Numbered from the stretch's first letter, positions 27,300-40,923 are shown. The stretch: DNA of 63,941 bases from Neoconidiobolus thromboides FSU 785 (GCA_025603075.1 MU626378.1:1-63941), one strand, 5' to 3'. The notes: generated by a model from the letters alone, not told the origin. Numbers and translations are program-made.

Positions 27300-28609
27300 T
27301 TAATCAAGATCCGTTTCATCATGAGAGAAAGAATTAATAGAAAGCGCATTGGGGTTAGAGCTTGGTTGCTGGAACATACTTTCCATTAAACTTTGCATAA
27401 TATTAACTGGTCGATGTATACGTATACCAAAATAGATCTCTCCAATCTTATTCATATACTACATAAATAAGTAAATTGAGCTTAAATTCTACAAATTAAA
27501 GTTACCTCTGTAAAATTGAACTCATCGGAAACCAGATGCTCTGAATACTGGTTACGTAATTTAACAAAAAGATCTCTTGAACCATCTTTAGTTATGATGG
27601 TACAAAGTAATTGTATAAAGTTAACAAGTGGCAATTTAGTTTCAACAAAAGAAGCTTTATGTGCTTCTGAATCTACTAACACTTCTTTTTGGTTTTCAAA
27701 AAGCAAACTTATGAATTTATTTAAGGCGAGTATAGCTGATGTTGCATTTCCAATCACTAATTTACTACACAAATTAATTATCTGAAAGTACATCATGATA
27801 GTGTTATTTATACCTTAATACACCCCTTGCTAAGAAATAACCAAAACTGAGAGGGGTAACTGAAAGGGCCCATCGATACAAGAACTCGCCAAAGTTGTCG
27901 CCAGTTGCTTCAGAGCCGAAGATGTAATGCGGTTCAGCTTGTTCAAACTCACCATCTAAATCGATAAACAGCTACTTTATAAAACCAGAGACTAGAAAAT
28001 TACCTTTATTATACAAATCACCTAAAAGATCATGAAATATTGGCTCCCCAGATTTAAATGAACCAGATTTTATATTCCAACTTTGAATAAATAATAAATA
28101 TAAATAAATTATTAAATTAAGTGTTTACTATAACGCTTCGGTAATTAAAAATGAACGAGCCTTCTCTGTTGATGGAAATCCGTCAATAATTTCTTTCAGT
28201 CTTTCTATATAATTGTTATATTATAGTTTCTTTTGATATACAAATACTTACGAATTGATTGCTCATTAATAGGAGTCTTTGAAGATTCATAAGCCTTAAT
28301 AAGATAGATACCAAGATCAGAAGCTGAAGAATACTGCTCGAATTTTAAAAGTGTCAAAGCTCCTTTGTAAAGCATCTCTATTGCTTTTCCATAGTTACCA
28401 TTATTATAAAATCTAAGCTCGATTAAAATCTTTAATCTTATTTACTTATTCATTTACCTATTACAGACGGAACGATAAATTTGGTGTGCTTGATAAAAAT
28501 CACCTTCTTTTAAAGAAGCTTCCAATTTCTTTAAAGTTTTATCTTGCTTTGAGCCTTTTCCTTTTAAATCGGAAAGTGACAAGGAGCCTACGTCTTCACT
28601 GTTTTCCAT
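27300..28609 (-). CDS. GET4: Golgi-to-ER traffic protein 4, multi-exon
   Basis: KLEASLKEGDFYQAHQIYRSVCNR; GEPIFHDLLG; PLVNFIQLL...FVKLRNQY; YVNKIGEIYFGI, followed by a Q/S-rich tail. Confidence 0.88.
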
Positions 28610-28725
28610 GACTAAACTCTTAAAAAAATTAAATGTCAAACCAAAACTGAATTTATACAGCTGCAGCCAATAAAATGATTTGGTATATGTTAAAAACTAA
28701 TGACAAATGAAAGTTTGCTTTTAAC

Positions 28726-29085
28726 ATGGAAGAATTTAAAGAAAGATTGAAGAGGATTGGAGTAGCCGAGCTGGTGGATGAATTGGAAAGAGTTCAACAG
28801 AAAATTCAGCATTTAATCTATTCAAATCAAGAACTAAAAACATTTAGTGAAAACTTGGAAGTTGACGAAGAAGATAGACAGATTTATAAGGAAACATATG
28901 TCGAGAATGAAGAAGTGATTAAAAGGTTGTATCTACGAAAAGAAATAATGGAAGAAATGATTGCCAGTAAATCAGGAGTTACATTTAGTATCAAACCTAA
29001 AGTTGAAGAAAAGGAACCGGAGACCAAAAGAGTGGAAGAAAGTAATTCAAACGAAGCATCTACTAAAGAGGGAATTTATCTGTGA
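28726..29085 (+). CDS. TMA17: TMA17/Adc17-like small coiled-coil protein
   Basis: EEFK...EL...IQHLIYSNQEL...DRQIYKETYVENEEVI pattern and the hydrophobic C-terminus (GIYL) resemble yeast Tma17 as I recall it. Confidence 0.6.
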   Translation: MEEFKERLKRIGVAELVDELERVQQKIQHLIYSNQELKTFSENLEVDEEDRQIYKETYVENEEVIKRLYLRKEIMEEMIASKSGVTFSIKPKVEEKEPETKRVEESNSNEASTKEGIYL

Positions 29086-29434
29086 AATAAATTTATTTCA
29101 TCTGTGAAACATCTCGTTGTTTGAATTAAATAAGCTTTTAGTCCTCTATAAGAATTAAATTCTTTTATAGTATAATAATTTTCATAAAGTATCATTTTAA
29201 GATAGAACAATGGATAAAAAGCATACTATCACTGTTTTTGTATTTTGTTTCAAATAGTATAATCTAAAAGGTATTCAATCATTGAGGGGTTAGATAATAT
29301 AAGATAGCTTATAGCATTTGGCCTTTTTTATACATATATGAGATAATATAATATGATAATTAATAAAAGAAATTTTCTGAAATTTATATAACTATTAAAC
29401 TCAAAGGTGTGAATCTTTTATTAAAATTACATAT

Positions 29435-29527
29435 GGGGATGTATTTTTTAAGGATTTTACTAACAATCTTTCCGCTCAAATAGCACTTAAAAATAGAAAA
29501 GTGATGAAACCAAAAAAATATTCCCCT
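29435..29527 (-). mobile_element. MITE copy
   Basis: ATAT|GGGGATG...TATTCCCC, with the family core reversed; right TSD degraded. Confidence 0.82.
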
Positions 29528-29759
29528 ATAATAGTCTATTATTTCAAATATTTGTAATTTTAGCAATAAGAAACTTATATTAATTAAATAGCTTTAAAAA
29601 ATTAAAAAAGGAAGTATCTCAATTGTGAAAATCCAACATATTAATAAAGCAAGTTTACTAATGAGGATAACTACATTTTATCCAAATTAAGTTTGGAATT
29701 CCTCCCAATATACTAGTCAATGCTGGGTCTATGCCTGATTTAAAAGTCAAAATAAGCAC

Positions 29760-30840
29760 TAGGGGGTAATTAAGCTGATAAGCCATTCTGAGCTTCCGCC
29801 CTCTTTAAGTGTAGACTCTTCAACTCTCAATACTTCAATATTCGCAAAAAAGGATGACATATGAAAAAGCTCTTTAAAGATAAGATTGAAATAATTAGCG
29901 TAATTTCTTTTATGGAATTACACTTGATCAAAGTATTTCTCACTATTGGTTAGATTAAACTTATTAAATACTTTGTTGAAGTTCGAATCATCAGATTAGA
30001 GTAGTATTAATATTTGCTAGCAAAGAAATTGAATTTAATACTTTTTAAATAATGCAACAAAATAAACTTTTAAGCCAATAACTTTAAAAATCATGGTTGA
30101 ACGAGCAATTCAAATCAAAATAGCCCAATTCTTCAATATTATTATCAATTAATTCCATGTTATTATATTCGATATCAAATTTTAAAAAGTCATTCGATGC
30201 ATCCGCTAACTTTATACTCTTTAACATTTTAAATCATCAAACCATTTAATATCAAAACCAAGCTTTCCTTCTATACCTAATTTTATATTAGAAAGGAAAT
30301 TCATATTAGTAACATTTTCCGCATTAGAATAAGAACATGTAGCTATTAAATCTAATGGTCCCAACTTACTATATTTTACTTTAGTTGCTTCTAATCCACT
30401 CAAACGTAAAAAGTTACTAGAAACTATACCAAGCGAGTTTAACTTATTTGGGTTTAAATATTCAATAGTATGTTCAATACTCATATTAGTCCCTTTAACT
30501 TCGACTACTTCAAGTTGATTTAAAGAATGTTCAAAAGATGTTGTGTTAATATAATCATCTAGAGCAAGTAATCCTATCCTTTTTGATCTCGGCAGTTTAA
30601 ATTCCATGTTGATACTATTCATAGTATAAGATCTACACTGACATAATAATAAGATACCAAGTCTGCGAAATCACTTAAACATTTAATACATAAATTATCC
30701 ACATTTATATGTTTCATGGATAATATGTCTTCTTCAATAAATCTTTTTTGATGCTTTCTAACCTCATCAGATTTATTTTTATTATAAGTTGAGTATACCA
30801 AGTTACATTTAATGACCCTACCGACTACCTTGGACAAATA
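29760..30840 (-). pseudogene. Fragmented LRR/F-box-like gene remnant
   Basis: Consecutive reading frames (30837-30619, 30622-30221, plus further pieces such as FANIEVLRVEES) offset by frameshifts and stops. Leu-spaced pattern such as LNPNKLNSLGI. Confidence 0.4.
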
Positions 30841-31507
30841 CTTAGAAAAAATAAATCAAACAATTCCTTTCAATCTAATAATTCGGAAATTAGTTCTAAG
30901 AGGATCCCGGATAAAAATTCAAAGCTAATGTCATATTGAAATATAATAGAGAAATAGTTATCTTGTTTTTACTTATTTAAGTTGTAGTTTAATTTTATAA
31001 ACAAGCTTTCAACTAAGTTATTGCAGTAATAAAGTGATAGTATTAGGTAATATTTTGCTCAGCTATTAAATAATAATAATTTACTAAATATAAATCTAGT
31101 TTTTAAATATGTTTAGTATTATATATTTAACTTAATTAGGTGATATATTTTCTCTACTTCAATAAAGCTATTTTGATAGTAATATATTTGTTTGATATTT
31201 ATTTGCTTATTTTATTACCTTTAATTCATTTTCACACAATAGTATACTATCGATGACCTTAGTTTTATGAAGTTAAATGAAAATTTGATTGAAATTTTCA
31301 TCATGTTAAGAAAACAAAAGTTATTTATGAGTATCAATTGATAGTGTCAATTTAATAGTACTACAAAAAAGACATGGTTTAGCATTAAAGATATATAATG
31401 AAATACTTAAATCTTTATTATTTTAAACTAAACAGTGTAATGCTTCGAAACTTCACTTACATAGTAGATGACCTAGATAATTGACTTCTAGTAACCTAAT
31501 AATAAAT

Positions 31508-31603
31508 GGGGATGGTTTTTTTGGTTTCATTATTTTTTCCACCTTTTAAGCACTATTTGAGTAAACATTGTTAGTAAATCCTTGAACAAAAAAATAAATC
31601 CCC
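31508..31603 (+). mobile_element. MITE copy
   Basis: AAAT|GGGGATG...AAATCCCC|AAAT. Confidence 0.85.
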
Positions 31604-32511
31604 AAATAGTATCTATATAAACAATATTGTTTTAACTTTAGATTGAATATTTGTATTTATAATCTAGATACTATAATAACCAATCTCAAAAATAATTAAT
31701 AAAGACTCTAAAATGTAATAATATATTGAAAATTTAAAGTCCAAAACATACAAGCTTTTGTTTATTAATGAAATTTATATAGTCAAAAAAGTTACCTACA
31801 TTTAAACGATTATTTTCCAGATTTTAAACTTGAATTAAGTCATACTCCTTTAAATCTTGTTTTAGTTCATCCTCTTGTATTTTATATAATTATTGGAACG
31901 ATCAATGCTTTTCAGGGTTTTGTAAAATTAGATAAAGGTACATTTTTGTATTAAAATAAATTGAATACCATTTGTGTTTGTATTTCATATTTGCTTTTTT
32001 AAACTGAAAAAATTCCAAAGGCTTGTCAGTTTAACGCCACTTAAATGATCACTGATTAAGAAGAGCTCACTTAAATATTTAAGCAACTAAAAGAATAACA
32101 AGGATTTTTTACAGTCGGTTTTTTCCCATCCTTCAAATATATAACCATAAAAACTTGAATCATAATGATCTAAGCATTACTCAATGTTTAATACCAAAAA
32201 GCCAATAATATACAAGTAGCTATAATGATAGCTTAGAAGTGTTACAAAATAATTTTTTTGAATTTTTACAACTTAAAACTCAATTCATAAACTCTTGACA
32301 AAGCTAAATTAAATCCTTAGTGATAATTCCTAAAGCGGAAACTTATTTTCTAAAGTATAAAATACTGTTCTTGAAAAACGGGGTTTTTCTAAAATATACA
32401 ACTTTGATATGAATAACTAAAAGTTTAAATGCTACAATGACTAAACTAAACTTTACTACAACTAATAGCATACAAAATTTAAAAGGCTTTAAAATTTTAT
32501 TGGATTTACAA

Positions 32512-33623
32512 TTATAAGAAGAGAGTTGGGCTGCCTTTATGGCTTTTACGTAATAAAATGTCCAAGTCGAACTTCTTAATGTTTAAGCATGTACTTCCAT
32601 TACAATGGCTTAATCTTGCTGTTACTAAATGATATTCGTTTGTTGACCCTAAAAAGTGGAGATCAACCTCTGGATATGTATCATCTGAGATAATAGTTTT
32701 AGGGTCCATCTCTGATAATATATTTTGTCTACTTGTAATTTGACTCATTTTAGTCCTGAGTTTATTCCTATCATTGGGGTGTATCCTATCCATAATATTA
32801 GCTCCAAGTAATTGGGATGAGCCAAATCCGCAAAATAAAGTGGTTCCTTCTACATTTATACATATATTTTCATTATTCAATATTAACGTTAGCTCTTCAT
32901 TCTCGTGCGTTGGGTCAATAAGACCTGGTTTCATTTTGTCGAACGGGTTGGAAAATACTGAATGATTGTTATACTTCGGCAATATAGGCCTAGCAGTTAA
33001 ATAAGGATGGCTATTATGATGGTCATAATAAAAATTATTATACCTTTTAACGTAATCATCATGATAATCATTAAGCTCAAATGGAGTGATCATATTTGGA
33101 TATACAGAAGTCATAGCAGCCTCCTCAACTGCCAGACTTAGTGTTGAACGTTTTGATTTTACTGGTGTAGCTTCTCTACGCCTTGGCCTTCCTCGTTTTT
33201 TATGTAAGGTATCAAAACAACTATCTTGTTTATTTGATGTTATACATCTATTACATGGCCTATTCACTAATAAAAAGTTAAACTTAGGTTAATTATATCA
33301 AATGAATTACAGTCGCATGCTAAATGAGATTTTCTACAGTTAAGACAAGCACTAGAAACGTGTGGGTTGCCCTTCCTTGCTAATACAATTCTACCATCTT
33401 GGGCCACTTTAATCCGCTTGAGGGTGTTTTCGTTTAATTTTAAGTCCTTTTGATCAATAAAATCTTTTAATGTTGAATAATTAATTTGATTTTTTGATAA
33501 TGAAGGCAACGGTAGTGGATTATACTCAGGGTCATAAGTATTATTGTATTCGTAAGTTTGACTTTGATTTGTTGAACCCCTCTTCTGTTCGTCAATTTCT
33601 TCCTTTTCATTACTATTTTTCAT
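32512..33623 (-). CDS. Zn2Cys6 transcription factor with C-terminal PAS-like domain (Ert1/Gsm1/Rds2/AcuK-AcuM type), 1 intron
   Basis: Splicing reconstitutes ACLNCRKSHLACDLNRPCNRCITSNKQDSCFDTLHKKRGRPR. PAS-like segment FCGFGSSQLLGANIMDRIHPNDR. Confidence 0.85.
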
Positions 33624-35555
33624 CTTTTGCTATAACTATATAAATAATATTAGAAATAGTAAATAAGTGGATTATAGCTATTAGCATATATGATAAAGCT
33701 TAAGGCATACAGCTTATAGATTGTATGATATTAATACTCACTCTGATTTAATGCAAATTTTAGTACCTTATCGTAAAATTTGAAGACAAGTAGAATAATT
33801 TAAAATCGTGCGATAAGTTAATGTTAATATAAGTATAAATAAATAAATTATCAAAAGTTTTAAATCATAACAAATTAAACTAAAAGAAATGGAGATAGTT
33901 TTTAAGATCTTATTTACCTTTTTTTAGGATCCCTGTAATTTTAGTTACTTTATATCCATTATTATTGGGAGTTTAAAAGAATATCATTTGCATGATTTGC
34001 TCCTTAAATTTGAATGGGCCAGTAACATTAAACATGAACGATTTAGTATGATTGTAAAAAAGCTACTTTTATGAAGTAAATTCTGGGGAAAGTATTTAAT
34101 CTTATGCTGATTAGTTTGCAACTTACATTTTGTTAAAAGGATGTTCAAACTGATTTTTACCTTCTTATTTTTACTCCAGGATTTTCTATTGTTTATTATG
34201 CTAAATCTTTATAAAATCCGTTTTTACAGTTAAAATTAATTAAAATCTAAACTAGAATATAATATTCTAATTTATTCAAACTCAACTCAACAGATAAAAA
34301 ATGGTTGTATCGTAAAATATGCACATTAAGCGTCTTTTTAAACATAACTTATTTTCCTCCCATGAAACATTTTAGATATATTTTACCATTACAAACACCT
34401 TATTAAAGAGCAATTATTCTGAGCTCATACCTGTTTTTTACCATAAAACCTAAACAACTAAGAGTATCATTGGCTAAGTAAAATAAGTATTGCTTTAAAA
34501 ACGACTTTTAACTTAAATTAGTTTAAAACTTAAAATTTACTTTTAATTAGTATTAACATAAGTATTTGATTTATTAATAAAGGTTGATGAAAGTTTATTA
34601 AATATTATATTAAAAATACAATTAATGTATTATTAAAAGTTTATTTTGTCACGGTAGTATTTCAAACAAAAATCAATAATGTTAATTAAGGATTAAGGAT
34701 TTTAAAGCTTCATTTTAATTTCAATATAAAACTACGTCATTGCAACTAAATTAAGACCTTGGTTTGAAGTGGCAATAACTAAAAAAAATCTCAACAAAAA
34801 TTAATTAAAATTGCATTGGGAGTTGAAATCATGAATAAACTTATTCTTTTTTAATTTTTATTGTTGATCCCTATTTAAAATTATTTTACTCAACACTAAA
34901 CATGAAATCTTAAACATTTTTAAAAAGCTGTACTAACATGACACTTTTGTATACTACTTTTTATATCTAAAGCTGCTAAAATCGTTTAATATTAAACAAC
35001 ACGATATTAATTCTTCTAAGGAGTAAATTTAAATTAATTTTTTTAAAATTTAAAAGTACTAAAACCCCCCAAGTACCTTATTACACCTTTTTTAAAAATT
35101 AGAAGGCTGAAAAAAAGAGAATGAATTAATATTTTCATATCATCAAATTATTTAGCTTTGGGCAATTTTGTCTAATAAATTTAAAGTAATAAAAAACCAA
35201 AATAAAACTTTGTTTTATTTGAAATATCACGTTAGCTACTGACCCTTTAGTTATTTAATCTCTCCTTACCCCTAATTAAATACTTTAGAGTCGAATCTTG
35301 ACTATCAAATTAAATAAAAATGGAACTTTTTTCTTTTTGTTATTTAACTATTTCTTTAGTAGATTAAAGTATAAAAAGGTTTTAACTGGTTTCTTAAAAA
35401 AATATAAAGATGTCTTTTTCATTTGATAATTCTATAAGCAATTTTCCACTTAATAATGTTTGAAACCTTAAAAAATAAATCTATAAATAAAATGGGGATG
35501 TTTTCTATCAATTGTCCTACTATTTTTTAAATTTAAAAGTAATTGATTAATGTAT

Positions 35556-35648
35556 GAGAATGTATTTTTTAAGAATTTTACTAGCAATTTTTCCGCTCAA
35601 ATAGTGCTTGAAAGATGAAAAAAGTAATGAAACCAAAAAAACATCCCC
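35556..35648 (-). mobile_element. MITE copy (an additional solo terminus AAAT|GGGGATG lies at 35494)
   Basis: GTAT|GAGAATG...ACATCCCC|ATAT. Confidence 0.85.
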
Positions 35649-36092
35649 ATATTGTTCAATCTTGAATGTATGCTAATCAATTGTTCATTTAAAATAAAAG
35701 TTAAATTAATAAGCCGATTTGAGGCATCATAAAACAAATAATTAGTTCTGAAATTTCCTATTTGTCAATCTACATTCAAACTTAGATAGCTGAATTAATT
35801 TTTAAATTTAAAAAAATAGCAAATAAAAAACATTCCTATAGTTGTATTAGATAATAATGATAAATACTTAAATTAATTTATAACTGTTATACTTTATGAA
35901 ATATTTAATCTATTATTAAAAAAATTAAATACAGTAATGAAAAAGTATTTTATTAAAATATATTTTTACTCCAAATTATTAATGATTTTATTTGAAAATA
36001 ATACAATTTTATACTTTTTTTATATAGTTTTTATAATCCAGCTTATAAGTAGTTATAAATTGATAATTTTAATAAAAGATAGTATATAATAT

Positions 36093-36190
36093 GGGGATGT
36101 TTTTTTTGGTTTCATTACTTTTTTCATCTTTTAAGCGCTATTTGAGCGGAAAAATTGCTAGTAAAATTCTTGAACACAAAAATCATCCCC
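36093..36190 (+). mobile_element. MITE copy with near-perfect TIRs
   Basis: ATAT|GGGGATG...CATCCCC|ATAT. Confidence 0.92.
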
Positions 36191-36381
36191 ATATTGTATT
36201 TAAAATTTAATTAAAATTTTTATATCATGATATAAAAAAAGTTGGAAATATTAGATATTAGTATGTTTTAAAGTTTCTTACTACTTTTCAAATGCTTAAT
36301 TATAATAAAATGAGTTTTTATTAAGATTCAGTTTTTTTAATAGTGTCACTATTATCAATTTCCTTTTGTTTATAATTATAT

Positions 36382-36482
36382 CAGGACGCTTTTGGGTTTT
36401 TTATTTCATCCCTTTTTCTATTTTTAAGCGCTATTTAAGCGAAAAATTATTGGTAAAATTACTAAACAGAAAAATATAATCA
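36382..36482 (+). mobile_element. Degenerate MITE copy
   Basis: Core TTTTTAAGCGCTATTTAAGCGAAAAATTATTGGTAAAATT retained; termini decayed. Confidence 0.65.
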
Positions 36483-36597
36483 CTATAGAACAGTATAAAA
36501 AAGTAACTTACAGTATTTTTAACTTTGTTAATTTATTTTTCAAGTTTGCCAAATTATAAATTATTGTTGCTAATCAACTAATAATTGTTTACTATTT

Positions 36598-36694
36598 GGG
36601 AGTGTTTTTTGACTTTATTACTTTTTCCATTTTTTAAGCGCTATTTGAGCGGAAAATTTGTTAGTAAAACTCTTAAACATAAAAATACATTCCC
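36598..36694 (+). mobile_element. MITE copy
   Basis: ATTT|GGGAGTG...ACATTCCC|ATTT. Confidence 0.88.
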
Positions 36695-37162
36695 ATTTCT
36701 TAAAATTAAGCTTGCGAGTTTTTGATAGAGACTTGGGACTATTTTACGCTTAATTTTTGTCTATTTTTATACAGCGTAAAATATAAAAAAAAGTGTATAT
36801 TGTGAAATTGAGTTCATATTTTTAATATAATCAACTAAAATATGTACTAATTAATTCTCATTAATTTATAACTATTCTTAATTATTTCTTATAACTACTT
36901 TTAGACGGTAAATCAAAATATATAAGGTGAGGGTAAGTAGAAATGACGAAATAATAATAGTGAAATATTAATTTTTAATTTTTAATTACGTAAAATTTAG
37001 TAGCATTTAGTTAGTAGAAACTAAATGGTAATAGTGAGGTCATTTTCATTTAAAAAAAATAGGAAAATAGTATAAAAACCAGCGATATAGCGTTGTAATA
37101 AATTATAAAGCAAAAACAAATAATAAATTATTAATTATTAATTATCAAACTAAAAACCGAAA

Positions 37163-37462
37163 ATGTCTGAAGGTCCATCTAAAATCAATGCTAATGTCAA
37201 TTATACCATTGGAGCTATCAAAGAAAATGTAGGCTCTGTTCTTGGTAATCATTCTCTTGAGGCTAAAGGTGCTGCTCAAAGAACTGAAGGTGATGCTGAA
37301 TATAAAGCTGCTCAAGCTAAGGGTTATGCTGAAGGTGCTAAAGACAGTTTTAAAGGAAATATAAAAGATACTGTTGGATCAGCTATTGGTAATGAACAAA
37401 TGCAAGTTGAAGGTAAAGCTTCCAAGTTACGTGGTGATGCTAAAAAAGAAATTAACTCTTAA
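37163..37462 (+). CDS. CsbD-like stress protein (Hmp1 / mismatched-base and cruciform DNA recognition protein type)
   Basis: Two CsbD-like units: GAIKENVGSVLGNHSLEAKG and GNIKDTVGSAIGNEQMQVEG. Codon usage looks like a highly expressed gene. Confidence 0.8.
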   Translation: MSEGPSKINANVNYTIGAIKENVGSVLGNHSLEAKGAAQRTEGDAEYKAAQAKGYAEGAKDSFKGNIKDTVGSAIGNEQMQVEGKASKLRGDAKKEINS

Positions 37463-37807
37463 ATAGTTTAATATATTGTAAATAAAATACGTTCTAGAGA
37501 ATTTAAAATATTCAATACTTTATTTTGAAGTGCTTTAATAATCGGTATTACTGATTCAAACTGAACAAGCCTTTTTTAGATTTCATTTATTATTTTTATC
37601 AAAACTTATTTAACGTTATAGTAAGACCTAAACTATGAAGTAGAACCTATTTCTATTAGTAAGATTTTATTGCATATTCATAAAACGATATTCGTTATTA
37701 ACTCTTCATAAAATTAAAACATTCACTCATTATTAACCCAGGCATATACAAAAAAATATTTATTAAATAAAAAATTATAAAATAAAAATACACAGCCATA
37801 CATACTC

Positions 37808-40446
37808 CTAATTTTCAATAGGCTGATAGCCATTTGCTCTGATTGGAAAATACCTATAATAAGCCAAATATCCAACTCCGTAAAGAGTACCTAAACCACC
37901 AATAGCTAATACAAGATCTCTGAATAAACTCAATAAAGAATATTTATTATCTATTGGAGGAATAAATAATACACTATCTATAATTGCAATCGACATATCA
38001 TAAGCTTGTCCAGAGGTTAAAATACTAGCTTCAAATTGATATAAGGGAGCAGGAGCACCTTCAGTACGTATATGAATTTTGTTATTTTTAAAGTTGTTAT
38101 CCGATAGCTTATTGTTTGGTAAAAATAATATTTTTAAGTTTTTCAATGTATTAGAAATCGTAGGTATAGATATTAATCTATTTAATGAATTTAAATGAGT
38201 TGGTAATCTTTCAGTTAACAAATGAAATTGTAATGTTTGATTTAATAATTCAATATTTGTTGTTAATAATGTCATATTAACATTTGAAAAAGCTTCATCT
38301 GATGGTATTAATAATGTTTTTATTGGGCCATTTTTATCTGTTAATAAATTAGTTAAGTTAGCTAATTTCATTAGATACAAAAAGGTTTTTGCTGAATTAG
38401 CTCTAATTATTTGATATGCTGTTAAATTATTAAATAATGTTGGTGGTATTAATAATTGATTTGTTTTATGAATAACCCCACTACGTACCAATTGATCAGA
38501 TTCATATAGGATGGGTATACCATCAAAATGATTGGTTGTATTTGAAACGAACTGTATTTGATTGTCTTGTCTATTAACACTAATCTTTGTATCATTGTAC
38601 ATTGTTATTAAACTTAAATCCCCATGTTCGAATGCTGTAGAATATGTTGGATATTTAATTAAATTAAATTTTATAATAGAAGTTAATAACTCACTTGATG
38701 AATTCATTAATAAATAATTTGTTAATATCTCTTGATTATCATTAGCAAATGCCATATTATTAGGAAATAATCCAGTAAATGAAGTTAAATTTAATAAATA
38801 CTCTTCTAGTTGAGGGGATGATTTAATCAATTGTAAAAAGTTTGATAAATCTGTTTCCTTATTTAAATAATTGAATAAATCGGGTGGTATTTCTAATAGT
38901 GAAGATATCTGTATTAAATTTGTATTCTTAATATTATAAGTATCTCCTATTAAATTAGACATATCGTTTAATATAATTTCTCCATTTCTATGCTTAATTT
39001 TAATCCTTTGTTGTACTTTTAATTCATTATCTGAATCTAACATTGTAATTATTAACCCTGTATTATTTAATGTACTTCTATTTTGTAGTCCTTTTAATAT
39101 ATGATAATATAATATATCTTCATTAATTCTATCATTATTGAATAGTTCAAATGCATTGTTGGGTGGTATCAATATGGTGTATTTATCCTTTTTACTATTA
39201 ACTAAATTCTCCACACTTGAATTCTTTGCATAATCATAAAATTTAGTTGCATTCATTCCTATTAAATATTTCATTCCATCAAAATTAAGTCCATATGGTA
39301 ATTGTGGTTTAGATAATAAATGAATTACACCTAAAATAAAATATTATTAAAATAATATAATATTATGTATTATTTACCATTTCTAGTTAAAATATCGGTA
39401 CTATTTAACAACATATGGTTAAAATAAACATTATTATCAAGGCCATTAATAATGACTGGACTACCTGCCAAATTAACAGTAATAATAGGTAAAGATAAAT
39501 TATTATTAAAATATTGATTATAAATAACAGGAGGTTGACTGTTATTAATCAAGAAAGAGTTTACTAAAAAGGATCGATCTTTTAAAGCATAATTTAAATT
39601 ATTTAAGTAATTTAATTCAATTGAGTTCATCATTTTTGATATTGAATTATCTTCAAATAAAAACAAATTCATTGATTTTCCTTCATCAATTATTGTTTCA
39701 ATTTCTTCACTCTTTTTAATCCATTCATAAAAATAGGTTAAATTAGGATGATTTTTTATAATTTCCACTAAAAAAATGAACAAAACATTAAAAAAACATA
39801 ATAATAAACTTACTCGTTTTTTTTGGTGGTATAATATAATTATCAACAACGTGAATAATACCTAACAATAAAACATATATATATTAACACTTATTAAATA
39901 AAACTATGATTTACCATTTTTAGTCAATAAATCCGTTTCAACTACTTTTACATCTCCTATCATCAATTTATCCTTTTCCTTGACATATTCTACTTTAACT
40001 CTTTGACCTTGATCTACCCCCAACAGACCTTCTACACCCTCTTCCTTATACAAATAAGTTTCCACCAACCAATTTTTGTTATTATAGCTATCCACCAATT
40101 GCTGTTTTGTAAAGTTACCTTCCATTAAATGATATCTTATTAACTCTTCTTTATCTTTTCTTGTTGGATATAACTTATCTACATCTTTTAGTTTATCATT
40201 CGTTAAAGCTAATAAAGTAGTCCCATTTAGTCGATTGATAATGGGGATCATACGGGATTCTTGAAGTAAATAGATCATCTCTTTAAACTCAGGTTTGCTA
40301 CTAAGTAAGGTGATGATAGAGTAATCACATGTTATGATAGCTATTAAGTAATAAAATAGTAAAATAGATTGTATCGGGTTTAACTATAGAATAACTTTAT
40401 TAGTATCGATATAAGCGATGTTGTCAAATTATATTGTAATTACCAT
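37808..40446 (-). CDS. Multi-FAS1 (fasciclin) type I membrane protein
   Basis: Repeated H1 motifs (TLLALTND, TILIPPNNAF, TGLFPNNMAF, TLLIPSDEAF) and H2 motifs (NGVIH, SGVIH). C-terminal TM. Exon 1 is ATG only (40444-40446), followed by a signal-peptide exon. Confidence 0.85.
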
Positions 40447-40682
40447 CGTATTTATTGAAAGAACTAAAATCAAATAAACTTAAAACTCAAAAATAACAAT
40501 TTTTCCAAACCCTATTATTATTGATTTTAAGCGTAATATTGAAATCATTCAATTAGATGAATTTAATTTTATTTTGTAGCTAATCATTTTCAATATTCTA
40601 TTTAATTATTTATCCACTCTAATTAAATGTGACTGTTGTAATATAAAATAAACAAAATTTTCGATTATTAATTCAAGTTTTT

Positions 40683-40755
40683 TATTTAAAAATAAGAAAC
40701 AATAAAAAAGTCTATTTATAAAAATAAGAAACAATAAAAAATCTATTTATAAAAA
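40683..40755. repeat. Imperfect ~31-bp tandem duplication
   Basis: TATTT(AT)AAAAATAAGAAACAATAAAAAA-TC repeated a little over twice. Confidence 0.75.
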
Positions 40756-40923
40756 CAAAATAACTTATAAAAGTCATTTTTATACTTAAGTTAGCAGTAA
40801 TAATAATTATAAAAAGACAGATTTAACATTACTAGATTTAACATTACTAGTAAAAATTCTATTCAACTGAAAAAAATAAACAAAAAAATGAAATAAACAA
40901 ACAATAATAATTTATTTTCATAC

